Below are positions 29,635 to 44,047 of a stretch of 64,000 bases of DNA, in pieces. Origin of the DNA: Amoebidium appalachense (Eukaryota > Protista > Ichthyosporea); contig CAVNZM010000018.1 of assembly GCA_963693365.1 (NCBI GenBank), forward strand, positions 186,001-250,000. Direction: 5' to 3'. Every line of letters starts with the position of its first letter. The stretch's first letter is position 1. The position numbers and the translations under genes are program-made. Below the pieces are notes generated by a model. The model ran no database searches, was not told the DNA's origin, and was given only the letters and a program-made list of their open reading frames with translations.

Positions 29635-31141
29635 TGGGGGGAGAATGGGAGCCAGGGAGGGGGGGGGGGGGGGGGGGGGGGACCGAGCATAAACAGCGGC
29701 TTTGGATCTGCCAATCACCTTTGTTTGCCGTTTAAATGTTTTTGATTGTAACCCCACATTACCACCAACCATTATTACGTTCTTATCAACAGGTGTTCTG
29801 GCCCACATCGGGTGCTTGCATGGGTGTACGTTTGTGGCGATGGTGCCTCCCCCCCCCCCCCCCCCCCAAGCCCCCAGCCCCCCCTCTCCACCTTCCCCCC
29901 CCCCCCCCCCTCCCCCCCCCCCACAAAAAAAAAAAAAAAAAAAAATCCCCTTCACCCCCAACCCACCCCTACACCATGCGCTCAACCTTGCCTTAAACAC
30001 CACCTATTAAACATCCACCCACACGACCCTTGATCACCACCACCACACCGCCATCAAACAAATACACATCCATGTTAATTCACCCTCTAACACTGATGGC
30101 TTTAACACGGGAAAAAAAGGCACACGTTCCTTATCCCCGTGAACACCCAGTTTTTTCCCCCCCACACAACCATGCAAAGGAAATGCAAACACACACACAC
30201 ACACATACCTTCTTTTGGGTCTACCTCCCCCACACCCTTCTCCTTGTTTGTCTGTAGCATCAGCTTGACGGACTCACTCAATCTCTATGCAGGCACACAC
30301 ACAAACAGTCAGAACCAAAACTTCACCACCGTGATGTTGACAACACTATAGCAACCCCTCCCCCCCCCCCCCCTCTCCCCCCCTCTCCCACCACACACAC
30401 ACACACACCTCCCCGTCCAAATAGTACAAGATATATATCCTATTGGATCATTTGGATGTTAGGTCTTCATGCATGTCTTCATACGCCTAAACATCAAGGC
30501 TGCAACACATTCCCTTTACCTCTAGAGGACCGGACTAATTGATTCTACCGGCTGCCGGTTGGGACTTAAACAACTCTATTGCGGCTCAAAATCACTATAA
30601 AAATCCCAAATAAATTGTATATATCGACAGGTATGTGTCTTACCTACATATGTTTCTAGGTTGGTTTGGTAAAAATATCATTATTTCGTATATTTTTGTA
30701 TCTGCTTCTGGGGCCACCTTCGAGATTTGGGGGAAACCTTGGAGCTGCCATCGGATCTTTTGCCGTTGTCGTATTGGTCCAATCAGAAGTTTGAATCGAC
30801 ATCAATTGGATGTCGACATTGACTCGTCAAGCCGGCAAGCACCCTTCGAAGTTACACCATATACAGAGTATCGTTATTGGAATAAAGTTCAGTTGTTTTT
30901 TGCATAAAACGAAGAATAAATGTATACTCGACTCGAATCTCGTGCAACTTTTATTTGGCTAGTTCCTATCATCTTCATGCTCACATTAAAGCACAAACTG
31001 GCTCATGTAGATGTCAATCAACTAGATGCCGATGTCGTGGAAGTTACGGAACTGAACAGGTTAATGAGGGTTTGCAAAGGTCAGAATATTATCCCCCCCC
31101 CCCCCCCCGGGCCCCTCTTCGTGTGTGGGGGGGGGGGGGGG

Positions 31142-31212
<71 letters not shown>

Positions 31213-31350
31213 GAGAGTGTGTGTGTGTGGAGGGGGGGGGTGGGGGGGTCACACACCCTGACGTGGAAGTCATAATCAAAGACACTATCTCCATTCACAG
31301 TGCGAGCAGTAGTGTAGGCCCCACGGGGAAAGGTCAGAAGGAAGTCTTTT

Positions 31351-31421
<71 letters not shown>

Positions 31422-32044
31422 GCGGCGGGGGGAGGGGGAGGGGTGGGAGAGGGGGGGGGAAGAGGAGGGGGGAGAGAGGGTTGAATTAGTAGTCCGACAA
31501 TGATAACAAGGCACTGCATATAGTTTTGCTCTCGGTTCCTCCAATCGATCATTAAATCCCACACCCAGTTTCCTTTAATCGTTCATCTCGCAACCACTAA
31601 TCCAGCCAGTTTGTACATTATGTTTCATGCTGTTTACCCCCCCCATCCCCCCCCCCCCCCCCTTTCCCCTCTTATCCTTACCTAAACCTCCGATTGAACA
31701 GGCCCCACCAGATCACAGCAAATCCCCCCCCCCCCCCCCCCCCTCCGCCTTCCACCCCTTTCCCTCCATCTCCACCCCCCACACACACACACACCTCCCC
31801 CCCTGTCCAAACACAGACACACACACACACCTCCCCCTCCCCCCTCCCCCCACCCCTCCCGCGCGCCCTGCTGCCTCCTCCCTGCGTAAAGTTATTAAAA
31901 AAATACCCCCCCCCTCCCCCCCGGGCGCTCTTCACCTCACCCCTTCCCTTCCATCTTTTGTTTTCCTCCCAAGCACAACATATAAACCATTTTCCGTCTA
32001 CCTACTGCCACAAAACACAGCACTAAAGTTACACACACACACAA

Positions 32045-32108
<64 letters not shown>

Positions 32109-32279
32109 GCGCGCACGCACCACACAGACACACACGCGCGCGCGCCCACACACACACGCACCCCCCCCCCCCCCCCCCGTCTCCCCACCCAGATCCACCC
32201 AACCACACCCACCTGATATTGGCGTATCCAGGAACTCTCCCCCATTCTTAGCCACCACGGTCACCTTTCCTGCACCCAT
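25122..32279 (-). CDS. Class IV (D-amino-acid/branched-chain type) PLP-dependent aminotransferase-like protein; exons ~32213-32279, 31257-~31350, 30236-30284, ~29055-29180, (28562-28578), 27724-27928, 26704-26868, 25122-~25369
   Basis: FPRGAYTTART, DFHVRRLSES, RENPHAKDSQWVRDR, VNEILLVDDQGSIAEGMSSNFFAV, ILKGTVRD, GAFITSTSRLVLPI. Intron phases are consistent. Confidence 0.9.
26200..26559. mobile_element. MITE in an aminotransferase intron
   Basis: Terminal inverted repeat TAGACACATTTTAC/GTAAAATGTGTCTA, subterminal inverted block TTTGAAAAGTATAGTATAAGTATATC and internal palindromes. Possible TA TSD. Confidence 0.8.
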
Positions 32280-33652
32280 TCTCGCTGCCCCCACAGAAAA
32301 CCGCCTGTAACAACCACCCAGTTAAATTTTCTTTAACCGTTCTTCACTCAGAGCCTACTCCGGAGAGTCCCAGCCTTTTAGCCCCCTCCCCCCCCCCCCC
32401 CCCCCCCCCCTAGACACACATCTTACAGCCCGACCCTCTCCTCTCCTGACCTGCCCACCACTATGCCACACAAGAATTCCAAAGTATGAGTCGACCTGCA
32501 ACAATGCTATTTCCCTTTCAGATCCCCAGTTGCCACTTACGCATGTTGTTGAGAAAGGTCATCAAACAGTTGCTTTTGCCCCCCCCCCCCCCCCCCCCCC
32601 CCCTTCTTTTTTTGCACACACCCACCACCACATGCGCACACCCCTCTCCCCAACCTCACCACCTTCCCAACTTTTGAAATCATTCCTCAAACTTGCAAAC
32701 ATAAACACCACCCTTGCTGGTCTTTTCTTTTCATATGCTGCACACAGACAAACACACACACACACACACAAATGCACACGCACACGCACGCGCACACACA
32801 CGCGCACACACACGCGCGCGCGCAGACACGCACACACACACGCACACACACACACTCACCCACTCACTCACACACACACACACACACTCACACACACTCA
32901 CACACAGCCCTCCACCATCCCCCCCCCCCCCCCCCTCGACCCCCCTCCTCCCCCTGCTCACACACACACACCTCTTGCAGAGGCAAACAACATGCACCAT
33001 GCTACACAAAAGCAAGACAGCCTAAACTCCCTCCCTCACACCTTACCTTCTTGTGTTTTCTACAGCTCTGCAAGTCCACAACGCCTGACCTACACACCCA
33101 CCCACCCTGCCTATTGTCCTCGAAACACTCACACACCCTCCCAGTAAGAAGGGGAACATGTTCTATCCAAAACACACCGTCCTGTGCTAACCTACGCCTT
33201 AGCCTTATTCACAGAAGTAGGCAATACTACCCCTCACTTATTATCCAAAGTTCCACCTATAACGCTAATTGAACTTAAAACAAATACTCTGGATCCGGAC
33301 TCGAGTGGTTTCAAATCCTGTTCGAAAAAACGAAAAGTTCAGGAGCCACAAATGATTCCAAATCGGTGACGTCAGATGTTACCATGTATGGCTAAAAATA
33401 TTTTGGCGCCAAAATTTACAGATTTGTGATTGGCTAGCCATCGAAAAAAAACCGTGAACAGAATCTCAGCCACTCGCAGTTCGAAGTTTTCTCTCGTACC
33501 TTTTGATCAGCCAGAAGAAATAAATATACATCCATGCCTGTATGTTTGCTACGAGGAACTTGCAACTTTAAACTCCTTTAATCCGTTATGGTGGTACCCT
33601 TCAAGATACTAACTGTTTCTTCTACCCTACCTTCACCACACAATCACACACC

Positions 33653-36170
33653 ATGTCCTTACCACCACTGAATGATGGTTCTCTCAAACAGGAGCATGAA
33701 TCCACGGATCTCGCCGCTTTTCTTTCTGATTGCCGTGCGCTCTCAATTGAGACACATAGAAGTGCCATAGCACGGCAGAGGGAGGCCCTAGCTAGACTAG
33801 TTGAGGTGTGTACAGAGCTGCACAGGGAGAATGAGGAGTTGAAAAATGAGGCAAATTGAGAAGGAAGAAAGGAGGTTGGTTACCTTATTTACACCTTGAT
33901 GCACATAACGTCTCCAAACTTCGCCCCCCCCACCCCCGCCCCCCCCCCCCCCCCCCCCCCCCCCCACCCCCTCCTTCACCCTTCCCCTCCATCCATCCTC
34001 TCCCATTCCCCCCCCCCAACCACCGTCACCTTCACCACCAGCCACACTCACTTTCCCGCTTGCAAACTCTTACACGCAAAGTTACTTGGGTGCGTCCCGG
34101 AAGTAAGCTGATGTACTGGTGCGTTGAAACGACGGCTACGTGGAGGGTTTTTTTTTTTCAAGGAATGTCTGTTGCGGTTGCATATCTGGTGCATGCCTTG
34201 GTTAGACCCACATATACATACTGAAACAAAGCTTAGGTCCCTCATTGTCTCAACTTCTTCCTCTCTCCCCCTCTCTCTCTAGCAGCCCCCCTCCCTCCCT
34301 CCCTCCCCCCCCCTCCCTCCTCTCTCCCTCCCTCTCCCTCTCTCTCTCTCGTTCTCTTCCCTCCCCCCCCTCCCCCTTTGTCTCCCCCTCTCTCTTCTCT
34401 CGCTACCCCCCCCTCTCCCCTCCCCCATCCTCTCTCTCTCGCTCTCTCTCTCGCTCTCTCACTCGTTCCCCCCCCCCCCTCCCCCACCACTTCCGAGTCT
34501 CTTCCCCCCCATTTCTTTCTCTCTGGCTGAAATCCTTTCCCCTCTTATCTCTCTCCCCCTGTTTAACCCTGTCTCTCTATCCCGGTTTACTAACCTTCTT
34601 CAACCCGCGTTCCGTCCCTCCCCCTTCACCCCCCCCCCCCCCCCCCCCCCCCCCTATTTGCACACAATCAGTACCTGAAAGCACAAGCTAAACACACTGT
34701 GTTGTTGGAAGCTCAGAATCACAGTTCTAAACTGCCACGTCCTCCCCCCACCCCCCCACCCCCCTCCGCCCCTCCCCCTTCCCCGCCCCTTTCCCTCCTC
34801 CCCATCCTTCCCCCCTCCACTTGCACACCATCTTCCTCCTCCCCCCCCCTCCCCCCACACCAACCATACTACACACACCTCACACTCACACACACCCACA
34901 CACCCACACACCCACACACATCACACACACATCACACACACACACAGGCGGCCACATATCGATGAAGCGACAGCAGTACAGGCCCTCGCCACCCTACAAT
35001 CCGACCCCATCACCCTTAAAGTCGGGGGTACACCCTTTCACACCACACGTTCCACCTTGTGTGCAGTTAAAGACTCAATGCTTTCTGCGTGGTTCAGCGG
35101 TCGCCACGTCCTATTAAGCAATCAAAAAGGAGAGATAGAACTCGACCGATCCCCGCACTATTTCGGGCTTATTTTGGACTATTTACGCTCGGAGAAGAAG
35201 ATTCTTCGCATGCCACCGACAAACGCTGAGAGGGAAGGTTTAAGGGAAGAATTCGACTTCTTTGGTCTTCCATGGCCACGTGACACAGATACACTCGTGG
35301 ATAAGTTAAGGTGTGGATACACTTGTGCATTATTGGAAGGACACACGGACAACGTTTTGTCTGTCGACATGAATGAGACGGTGGTTGTGAGTGGAGGGGT
35401 GGACGGGACAGTGCGTGTGTGGGAACTTTCCCATGCGAATTGTGTGCACGTGTTGTGTGGACACACACGTTCCGTCCCGTGTGTGAGCTTGAGAGGAGGG
35501 CTGGTTGCTAGCGGGTCGTTTGATAAGACTGTAAGGGTGTGGGGGGTGGATTCCGGTGCGCGGGTGAAGTGTATTAGTACGGGAATGAGTGTGAGGTGTG
35601 TGGGGTTGGGTGATGGTGTGGTAGTTGGGGGAGGAAGGAGCGAAAATTGGGAAGTGTTACAGGGATGGAGCTTAGAGACTGGAGAAATGGTGTGGAGGCT
35701 GGAAAACAGGACATATCCCTCTCGTACGATCACGGTATACCCCGAGGGGTTTTTTCTTTTTGCGGATTTGGATGGTGTGTATAGGGTTGATGTTGATAGT
35801 GGTAGTATGGAACTCGAACATAAACCCAATCACCCCGTAGAGAACGCGGCAATTGAAGGGGGGAAGTGTGTGGGTTGGACTGTAACAGCAAATGCGTGTG
35901 AGTGGATGGTGTGGGGGAGAAGGTTGGGGATGGTGGAGTGTGAGGGGGCATGTGCACGGGCGGAATGTGGGGTGACGCTATTTTTAGTTGATGGGTTGCA
36001 TGTGGGTGACGAGGGGGGGTTCGCTCATCCTTACGGATGTGTTTAAGGGGAGGGCGGTGCAGTTGGGTGGGGAGGGTGGCGAAATCACGGATGTTTCCAT
36101 ATATGGGCAAAGGTTGGCGGTGGCGTCACGTGATCACAAATTGAGACTTTGGGCCCCCAGGTTGGCTTAG
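33653..36170 (+). CDS. Coiled-coil + KCTD-type BTB/POZ + WD40-repeat protein; exons 33653-33874 and 34948-36170
   Basis: PITLKVGGTPFHTTRSTL..DSMLSAWFSG..LDRSPHYFGLILDYLR..EEFDFFGL (BTB); GHTDNVLSV..SGGVDGTVRVWE and GHTRSV..SGSFDKTVRVW (WD40). Removing one base at the A5 run 33842-33846 and one near 35993 restores a single frame. Confidence 0.88.
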
Positions 36171-36416
36171 AAGGTTGATGACCTTTATTAAAAAATGTGA
36201 TCTCGCGGTTATTGCCATATTTGGGCAAAGGCTAACGGTGGTGCCAAAAAAAAAAAAAAAAAAAGTTTTAAGTTGAGTAATCCTCCAACCCCCCCCCCGC
36301 CCTCCCCCCCCCCCCCTTTCCCCCCTTCCCCCCCTCCCCAAAGCTTGGAGTTTTCCACACTCACCTCAATCATTCATAATTCGATGCCATGGTCCCATTG
36401 CTGCATTAATCCCATC

Positions 36417-36452
<36 letters not shown>

Positions 36453-36610
36453 TTTCTGCTTGTATGCATGTCGACGTGTGTGCAGTCACACTGTGCACGT
36501 GCCCCGCCCCCAAGTACGTACGCGAAAATCACGGATCATGAATTCATAATTAGAGAGTTAACGCAGAAGAATACGTGTCAATTCAACAGTCACATAGGCA
36601 CGTGACACTA

Positions 36611-36953
36611 CCAAATATGGAATGATATCTTGTTTGCTCGAGAAGTGCTGATCGTGACAGGAGATCTAGATCTAGATGACAGCAACGAAATATTACGACG
36701 GAGCGCAGGGATTGGCGGGCTGTTGTTCCATTGGATCAAGGGCTGTTGTTCCATTGGATCAATCAGATTACGCAAAATCTTAGAACCACATATGGATAAA
36801 ATAAGCGTGCACGAGTGGGTAATCTTGCTGCTATTTTCATTGGCTTATTTAGGGATGACAGATGCTTTCGTAGATCTAATGATCTGACCGTTGTACGTTG
36901 AGGTTGTGGGCCTTGTTGTGCCTGAGAGTCACGGCGCAACCGAGCAGTATAAG
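36611..36953 (+). promoter_or_regulatory. Upstream module shared by the secreted-precursor genes; homologues at ~40949-41264, ~47328-47564, ~53320-54054
   Basis: CCAAATATGG (perfect CArG box; copies 1, 2, 4), GGGATTGGCGGG (reverse CCAAT), AGGGATGACAGATGC(C/T)TTCGTAGATC and a TATA-like GTATAA/GTATTAAA occur in the same order. Confidence 0.65.
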
Positions 36954-37113
36954 AGAGGCACACAGTCCCACCAAAAAGCAGTAAAACAGGAGCAAGGCAA
37001 ACACAAACGAGGGCAACGGAGCTAAATCACCACAAATTGACTGTAGTTTTCTGCACAAGAAACAACCCCAGCTAAAGCCACGTGCCAACAACAAGCCCCA
37101 CCCCAACAGCACC

Positions 37114-37782
37114 ATGTCTCCCCTCACCTTCCTCCTCTCCGCCGCCCTTGCTGCCTGCGCTGCGGCTGCCAGTCTGCCCACACCCTCCCTACTAGAGAGC
37201 CAGATTCAATCACTGTGTGCCGCCCCTCTCTCTGGCCCGTGCAACCTAGCCGCTCTCTCAAGACTTCAAGAGGGCACTTCCACGCTGTCTACCTCCGAGC
37301 TCATCCGACTCCAGTCCCAGCTCGGAAGCTGCCAGTTGATTCTCTCAACATGCAGTGGGGTTGTCAGAGTCCTTTCTGATGATACGAAAAATTTTCTCGT
37401 GCGCGCCGGCGCGAGACGCAGCATCATTGACAGCGATCGCGACCCAACCTACGATGTCCTCTCTTGGTCTCCCTCTGATTCTACCTTGCTCGGGGCCTTG
37501 CAAGTGCCGCAGGATGAAAACCAGCAGGGCTCAGCAGGGGAGAAAAAAGTCGACTCCCTGCACACACGCAGCGCGCGTGCATGGCCCAGCCACGTGCAGG
37601 CACGGCGCAACATCTTCAACGACATTGGGGGCGCCTTCACCTCGGCCGCCGACAAAGTATCCGACTTTGCCACCGACGCAGTGCAGGAGATAGGCAAGGT
37701 GGTGCCTGGGGGGGATAGTTCGTCCGGTGGAGGTGGGGGGAGTGAGTCGGACGAGGATCTTGCTCTCCTCGCCTTGGGATAG
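37114..37782 (+). CDS. Secreted multi-peptide precursor, copy 1 (type A), 222 aa, intronless
   Basis: Signal-peptide-like MSPLTFLLSAALAACAAAA, a C-x7-C...C-x6-C module, RR sites and three paralogues in the window. Confidence 0.88.
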   Translation: MSPLTFLLSAALAACAAAASLPTPSLLESQIQSLCAAPLSGPCNLAALSRLQEGTSTLSTSELIRLQSQLGSCQLILSTCSGVVRVLSDDTKNFLVRAGARRSIIDSDRDPTYDVLSWSPSDSTLLGALQVPQDENQQGSAGEKKVDSLHTRSARAWPSHVQARRNIFNDIGGAFTSAADKVSDFATDAVQEIGKVVPGGDSSSGGGGGSESDEDLALLALG

Positions 37783-37899
37783 AATGGGCCGTGCGCATGT
37801 GTGTGGTTGAATTGTTTGGAGATAGTTTGGGGGGGGGGGGGGGGGGGGGGGGGGGCTGAATTTGGGAATTTCAAACAAGAGGGTAAGGGGGGAGGACTT

Positions 37900-37953
<54 letters not shown>

Positions 37954-38712
37954 CTGATTATGCGCCACACTACTACGGTACTGGGATCATATTTTGTGGT
38001 TGGTTACAAAAAGCCTGAGCTATATCGTAGAGTTTTTGACTGCTTCTTACTTGAGGCAGTATGAGTTTGCTTTGTTTTTTTCTTCTGGCAAATATGCGAA
38101 CTGTTGGAATATTTCAGTGGGGCTAAGACAGCTGTTCCGATCCTGTCCTCTTTTGTGTGTGGAAGTGGTGTGACTAGCCTGCCAGACATATCGCCATAGC
38201 GTTTGCAGCTAGAACGTTTGGTCGTCACGCAGTAATCTTTGTCATAGCGATGGTCTTTACTTGCAGCGAAGCGGGCGGCGGCGACAACGACAATATGGAT
38301 CTGACACAGTCCAGAGATTATATACTACTATTGGAATGCAAAATCATCCCAACAGAGATCCAATCACATACCAGCCGAGATCCCTATATGACTTAGAACC
38401 AATCATATCGCCTTTTAAAAGCTACCATCATCCCATAGTCATCACGATCACGATAGCGAGTGAGATGGGTTGACATATGCGATTGCATATTCTGACACGA
38501 ACCACATCCATTTGGTAACCCTTAGAAGCCTAAGAGTCAATAAAATCAGAAAGGCCTAAGAGCAGGCAAACTTGAATGTCACTTAACTAAACCTTGTTAA
38601 AACAAATCGTCTGCGTCTCCCCCCCCCCCCCCCCTCCCCCCACCCACCCCCACCTTCTCCAGTCCCCTCACCCCTTCTCATTTTTAAATGATTATAGGTC
38701 CTCTGCCCGAGG

Positions 38713-38744
<32 letters not shown>

Positions 38745-39413
38745 ACACACACACCCCCCCCCCGACCCCGTGACCCCCCCCCCCCCCCCCCCCCCAACAA
38801 AAAAAAAAAAAAAAAAAAAAACTAAAATAACTGCTTCATGGAGTCATGTGTTTCCATAAAACCTTCTCATCAATTTATAATTATTGTGGCATTTTTTCTT
38901 GATGGAGGTGGTGAGGGGGCCCGAGGAGGGGATTTGGAGGGGGGGGGGGGGGGGGGGGGGGAGAGGGGGGGGGGGAGGGGGCGGAGGGGGGGAACCTAGA
39001 GTTGGTCGAAAGAATTTAGATAAGAGTGTAGGGAGTGTATCCATGTCGTATTATCTCGAAAAAAGGAGCTCGATCTTAAACATACACAGAATTTGAACGG
39101 GGATAGAATCAGGTTTGCGGGAAGGGGGGGGGGGGGGGGGGGGGGGGGGAGACCGGGAATCTCACGAGCAGGAAAATACAACTAGGATAGTACGATGCTG
39201 CTGCATTGAAAAGAGCGGTGGGAGGATCCAGAGAGGGAAGAGGGAGGGGCAAGGGGGGGAGCTCGAGGGGGGCGGGGGGAGAGAGAGGTGGGGGTAATAC
39301 ATAATTACTGTACCGTAACAAAAGGAAAAAACGACAGTTGAAGGTGGGGTTGCTACCTTCTCATCACGGAGTGGTACCAAAGCAGAGCGCACCAGAGATG
39401 CTGTGTGTGTGCA

Positions 39414-39474
39414 GCAGAGAATATGCAGAATATGCAGAGAATATGCAGAATATGCAGAGAATATGCAGAGAATA
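39414..39474. repeat. Minisatellite (GCAG[AG]AATAT)n, about 6 units
   Basis: Direct reading of the sequence. Confidence 0.85.
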
Positions 39475-40189
39475 TAGGATGCTACTGAAGTGACGGTGTG
39501 CACATGTCGATTTCCACCTACCCGATCCTCAAATTTACCGGGTCTCATTCCTTATATGTACTGACTGGTCCGCAAGATAGTGCGTATCATCACGAGTCAA
39601 ATCAAACATGATAAATACCCAATGAGAAATTAAGGTCCATGTCTCCGCACAGTATATACTGGTTTGGCGAAATAAACATACTATTTGCCGTGCTTGGAAT
39701 ATTCACTGATAAGATTTAAAGCATGCTATTGATCACATCATCGGAATTTAGACAGCATCTACATCGTCATTAGAACATCATCATTATATGGTCAAGCTAC
39801 GTACTAGCAAAGACATTGTTTCACTAACTACAAGACAAAATGTGCTAAGGCATAACTAACCAACACAAAAACACAAGAACACAAAAAATAGGAACGAAGC
39901 AGCCGGTTCTAGAGGGCATAACAAAACGTTCATGCTTATAGCTGGTTGTGATAACTTAGGCAAAATCACAGGAAAACAGAAATACACGCAGGAAATACAC
40001 GCAGAAAGCAGGATTGCGCGGAAGCAAACAGATGGGCCCACCCGAGATGACATAGATGGAAACAATACGGTTTGACGTAGTCAAAAGGAGAAAGGAGAAG
40101 AAACACAAACTATTAGTCAAAGAAAGAAAGAAGAGAAAAAATACGGAGGAGAAGGAAAGTAAAAGAAAAACTTTGGGGTGTATGTGTGT

Positions 40190-40248
<59 letters not shown>

Positions 40249-40281
40249 GGGGGTGTGGGGGGGGGGGGGGGGGGGGGGAGG

Positions 40282-40312
<31 letters not shown>

Positions 40313-40674
40313 AGGACGAGGAGGAGGGGGAACGGCATGCGTCCGTGCGTGCGATGTGTGTGCGTGCGTATGTGTGTGCGTGTGTGCGTGCGTGCGTGCG
40401 TGGTTGGGTGGGTGAGTGTGTGCGTGCGTGCGAGCGTGCGTATGTGTGTGCGTGCGTGCGCGCGTGCGTGCATGCATGCGTGCGAGCGTGTGTGTGTATA
40501 TAACCAGGTTAACCAGGCCCCCTTTAGTTATTACTTTACTCTCCCACATACTATACCGAAGTTCTGTATATGGGAAGCTTGATTTTGACACGGGGGGAGG
40601 ATGAGGGAGGGGGGGGGGGGGGGAGGGGGTAGTGGCAACTTTGGAGGTGAAGGGGACAAACCACCGCCTTTGGA

Positions 40675-40711
<37 letters not shown>

Positions 40712-41435
40712 TCCCTGGAGGGAGCAGGGGGGGAATCCAACACACCCTTCCGGCTCAAGAAAGGGGGGATGGGGGGGGGGGGGGGGGATCATCATAGCGA
40801 AGAGCTAAGATCCACAAATTTACCAACACCAAATTTGGAAGAAAGACAGAAGAGTACGAAAGGAATTTCTAGGAATCTTTCCAGACACCCCTTTTTCTCC
40901 TTGCAATTGTGTTCACGGTTCCATGGTGTGTGACTGTAGCCGGTGTGAGCACGTGCCACGTGGCACTATTGAAGCACGTGGTTAGAAACGCTGCCAAATA
41001 TGGAATGATTAGGAGATCTAGATCTTGATATGACGACGGCGTGTAGGGATTGGCGGGTTGTTGTTCCAAGATAACCACAGCTTTTAGAGCCATATCTAGG
41101 TAATCAATACATGTTTTAATTGGCTTATATGACTTTGTCATTCCAAGAGCTTTTTTTATTGGTTTATACAGGGATGACAGATGCCTTCGTAGATCCGCTG
41201 ATCTGGTCGAGGGCGAGGACCATCTTCCATCTGCAGAGCGCGCAGCGGCCAAGGGGTATAAAAGAGGTACACGGTCCCACCACTAAGCAGTACAACAGCA
41301 AAAGGACACATAAAAACGATTTGGATTGCAGCCAATATACCACAAGCCTGTCTAATTTTTCTCCCTGCTCAGAAACATTCCTAGCCGCAGCCAATACACT
41401 TAGCCCTGTAGAATTCAAGTACCACCCACTGCACC

Positions 41436-42197
41436 ATGTCGCCCCTCACCTTCCTCCTCCCCGCCGCCCTTGCCGCCTGCGCTGCCGCTGCGAGTCTGCC
41501 CTCATCCTACCCAGGAAGTCAGACTAACTCGCCATGTTCCACCCCGCTACCGAGCGCGTGCAACCCCGCAAATGTTCTCGCAAGTATTCGAGGTGATGCT
41601 TCCATGCTGCGTGCCTCCGAGCTCAGCTACCTCGGCGCCCAGATGGCCAGGTGCCGTGCCATTCAATCCATGTGCAGCAGTGGTGCAGGGGACCCTGGTG
41701 ATGAAACACCAGAAGACTCGCTAGAGAGACGCAGCGTCAATGACTTTGACCCAACCTACGATGTCCTCTCTTGGTCTCCCTCTGACTCTACCTTGCTCGG
41801 GGCCTTGCAAGTGCCGCAGGATGAAAACCAGCAGAGCTCAGCAGGGGAGGCCACAGTCAACTCCCTGCACACACGCAGCGCACGTGCATGGCCCAGCCAC
41901 GTGCAGGCACGGCGCAACATCTTCAACGACATTGGGGGCGCCTTCACCTCGGCCGCCGACAAAGTGTCAAACTTTGCCACGGATACATTTGGGCCCAACG
42001 TGAAGGAGGCTGCACGTGCCACCTATGACGCGGCAAAATATGGCCACGACGCCTTCAACGCGGCTCTGGGCGAGCAGGCGCCTGGGCTCTCCAATAGCGC
42101 TGGGGTGCTGGCCGATGAGCTGCCGGCACCTGTGGCTGGCGCCGTGGCAGAGGACGGGGCACTGGAAGTGGCCGCTGAGATAGCATTGGTCGGATAG
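41436..42197 (+). CDS. Secreted multi-peptide precursor, copy 2 (type B), 253 aa
   Basis: Same architecture; core near-identical to copy 1, different C-terminal tail. Confidence 0.88.
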   Translation: MSPLTFLLPAALAACAAAASLPSSYPGSQTNSPCSTPLPSACNPANVLASIRGDASMLRASELSYLGAQMARCRAIQSMCSSGAGDPGDETPEDSLERRSVNDFDPTYDVLSWSPSDSTLLGALQVPQDENQQSSAGEATVNSLHTRSARAWPSHVQARRNIFNDIGGAFTSAADKVSNFATDTFGPNVKEAARATYDAAKYGHDAFNAALGEQAPGLSNSAGVLADELPAPVAGAVAEDGALEVAAEIALVG

Positions 42198-42339
42198 CGT
42201 GTGCTGTGCATACGTGTGCGAGTGCGGGTGCATGTCAGTGACTTGTTTTGGTTACTAATATGGGTGTTCTGTACAAATCATTAATATCCAGTTGCTACCA
42301 TGTATAACGACACATATATGTCAACATTTAGTAGTAGTA

Positions 42340-42380
<41 letters not shown>

Positions 42381-42394
42381 TATATCATATATAT

Positions 42395-42795
<401 letters not shown>

Positions 42796-42822
42796 CCCCC
42801 CCCCCCCCCCAAAAAAAAAAAA

Positions 42823-42928
<106 letters not shown>

Positions 42929-43167
42929 CACCACCCAACCACCACCACCTCTCTCTCTCTCCCCCCCCCCCCCCCCCCCCCTCCTCTTCTCTCCCTTCCT
43001 CTCTCTCTCTCTCTCTCTCCTCCCCTCTCTACCCCTCGTTCTCTCTCTCTCATTAGATCTCGCGAACCCCCCCCCCCCCCCCCATCTCCCCCTCGTTCTC
43101 TTTCTCTAGCTTCTTGCGAACGTTCGCACGTGTGTGCGTGCATGTGCGCATGTAGGGAGGGAGTAGG

Positions 43168-43222
<55 letters not shown>

Positions 43223-44047
43223 GGTGGGGGAGGGGGTGTGGGGGGGGGGGGGGGGGTCCCGGAATGTTCGCATGTGTGTGACACCAGGGACTGATATGGA
43301 CATTAAATCCACATAACGGATGTCACCCACTGTGACACCGATCCGTTAGTTTTCTAGTTTTGCTGTAGATGTTGTTGTGCTACAGGATGCTTTTACGACA
43401 CACACATGGTAGAGCAGCACTGCTCGTGACTTTTACTGTGTGGAATTTTGAAAATTTGTTTTTAATACCTCGTTGAGAAATACGAATCCGCATATGCCAC
43501 TCAAAAACAAAAAGGAACGAAAGAACAGAAACTAACCAAAATAAATACGACACCTACAAAGTAACACTGCCATAAAACGAGCTTTCTGTCAGACACCTAC
43601 TCACGCCTGACGCAACTATTCTAAAACCACACGCACGTGTTACGAAAAACCCAAGCACACCCTATTTATTATTGGTCAAGATCGAATCCGGTTCGATCGG
43701 ATTAGCCATATAAGGTAACTGCAAGAAACAGGCGAGCTGCTACTACATATCTACTAAGAGTCGCGCCGATTGATTGCACCTGACGCCCCATGTTGCGATT
43801 CCCCCCCCCCAAAAAACAATCGCGATCAAACAACCGGTATGATCATTAATCGGATTGGATCGGATCTCCGATTCAGTTAACGACAACACGTGATTCGCCT
43901 CCTATGCAGTCAAAAGAATTTCAAGTTCAACAAATTTCACAGTCATATCCATAAACGAACAACACACCTCTACTAGAGATAAATCGAGAGCGGTGATACA
44001 TCAGATGAGCGCAAGTTGTGAGATTCAGGAGATATACATTGGATAGT

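Noticed and set aside
43284-43880. hAT-like element beginning CAGGGACTGATATGG with ATCCG/CGGAT motifs
   Set aside because: No matching right TIR or TSD could be found; too degenerate to call.
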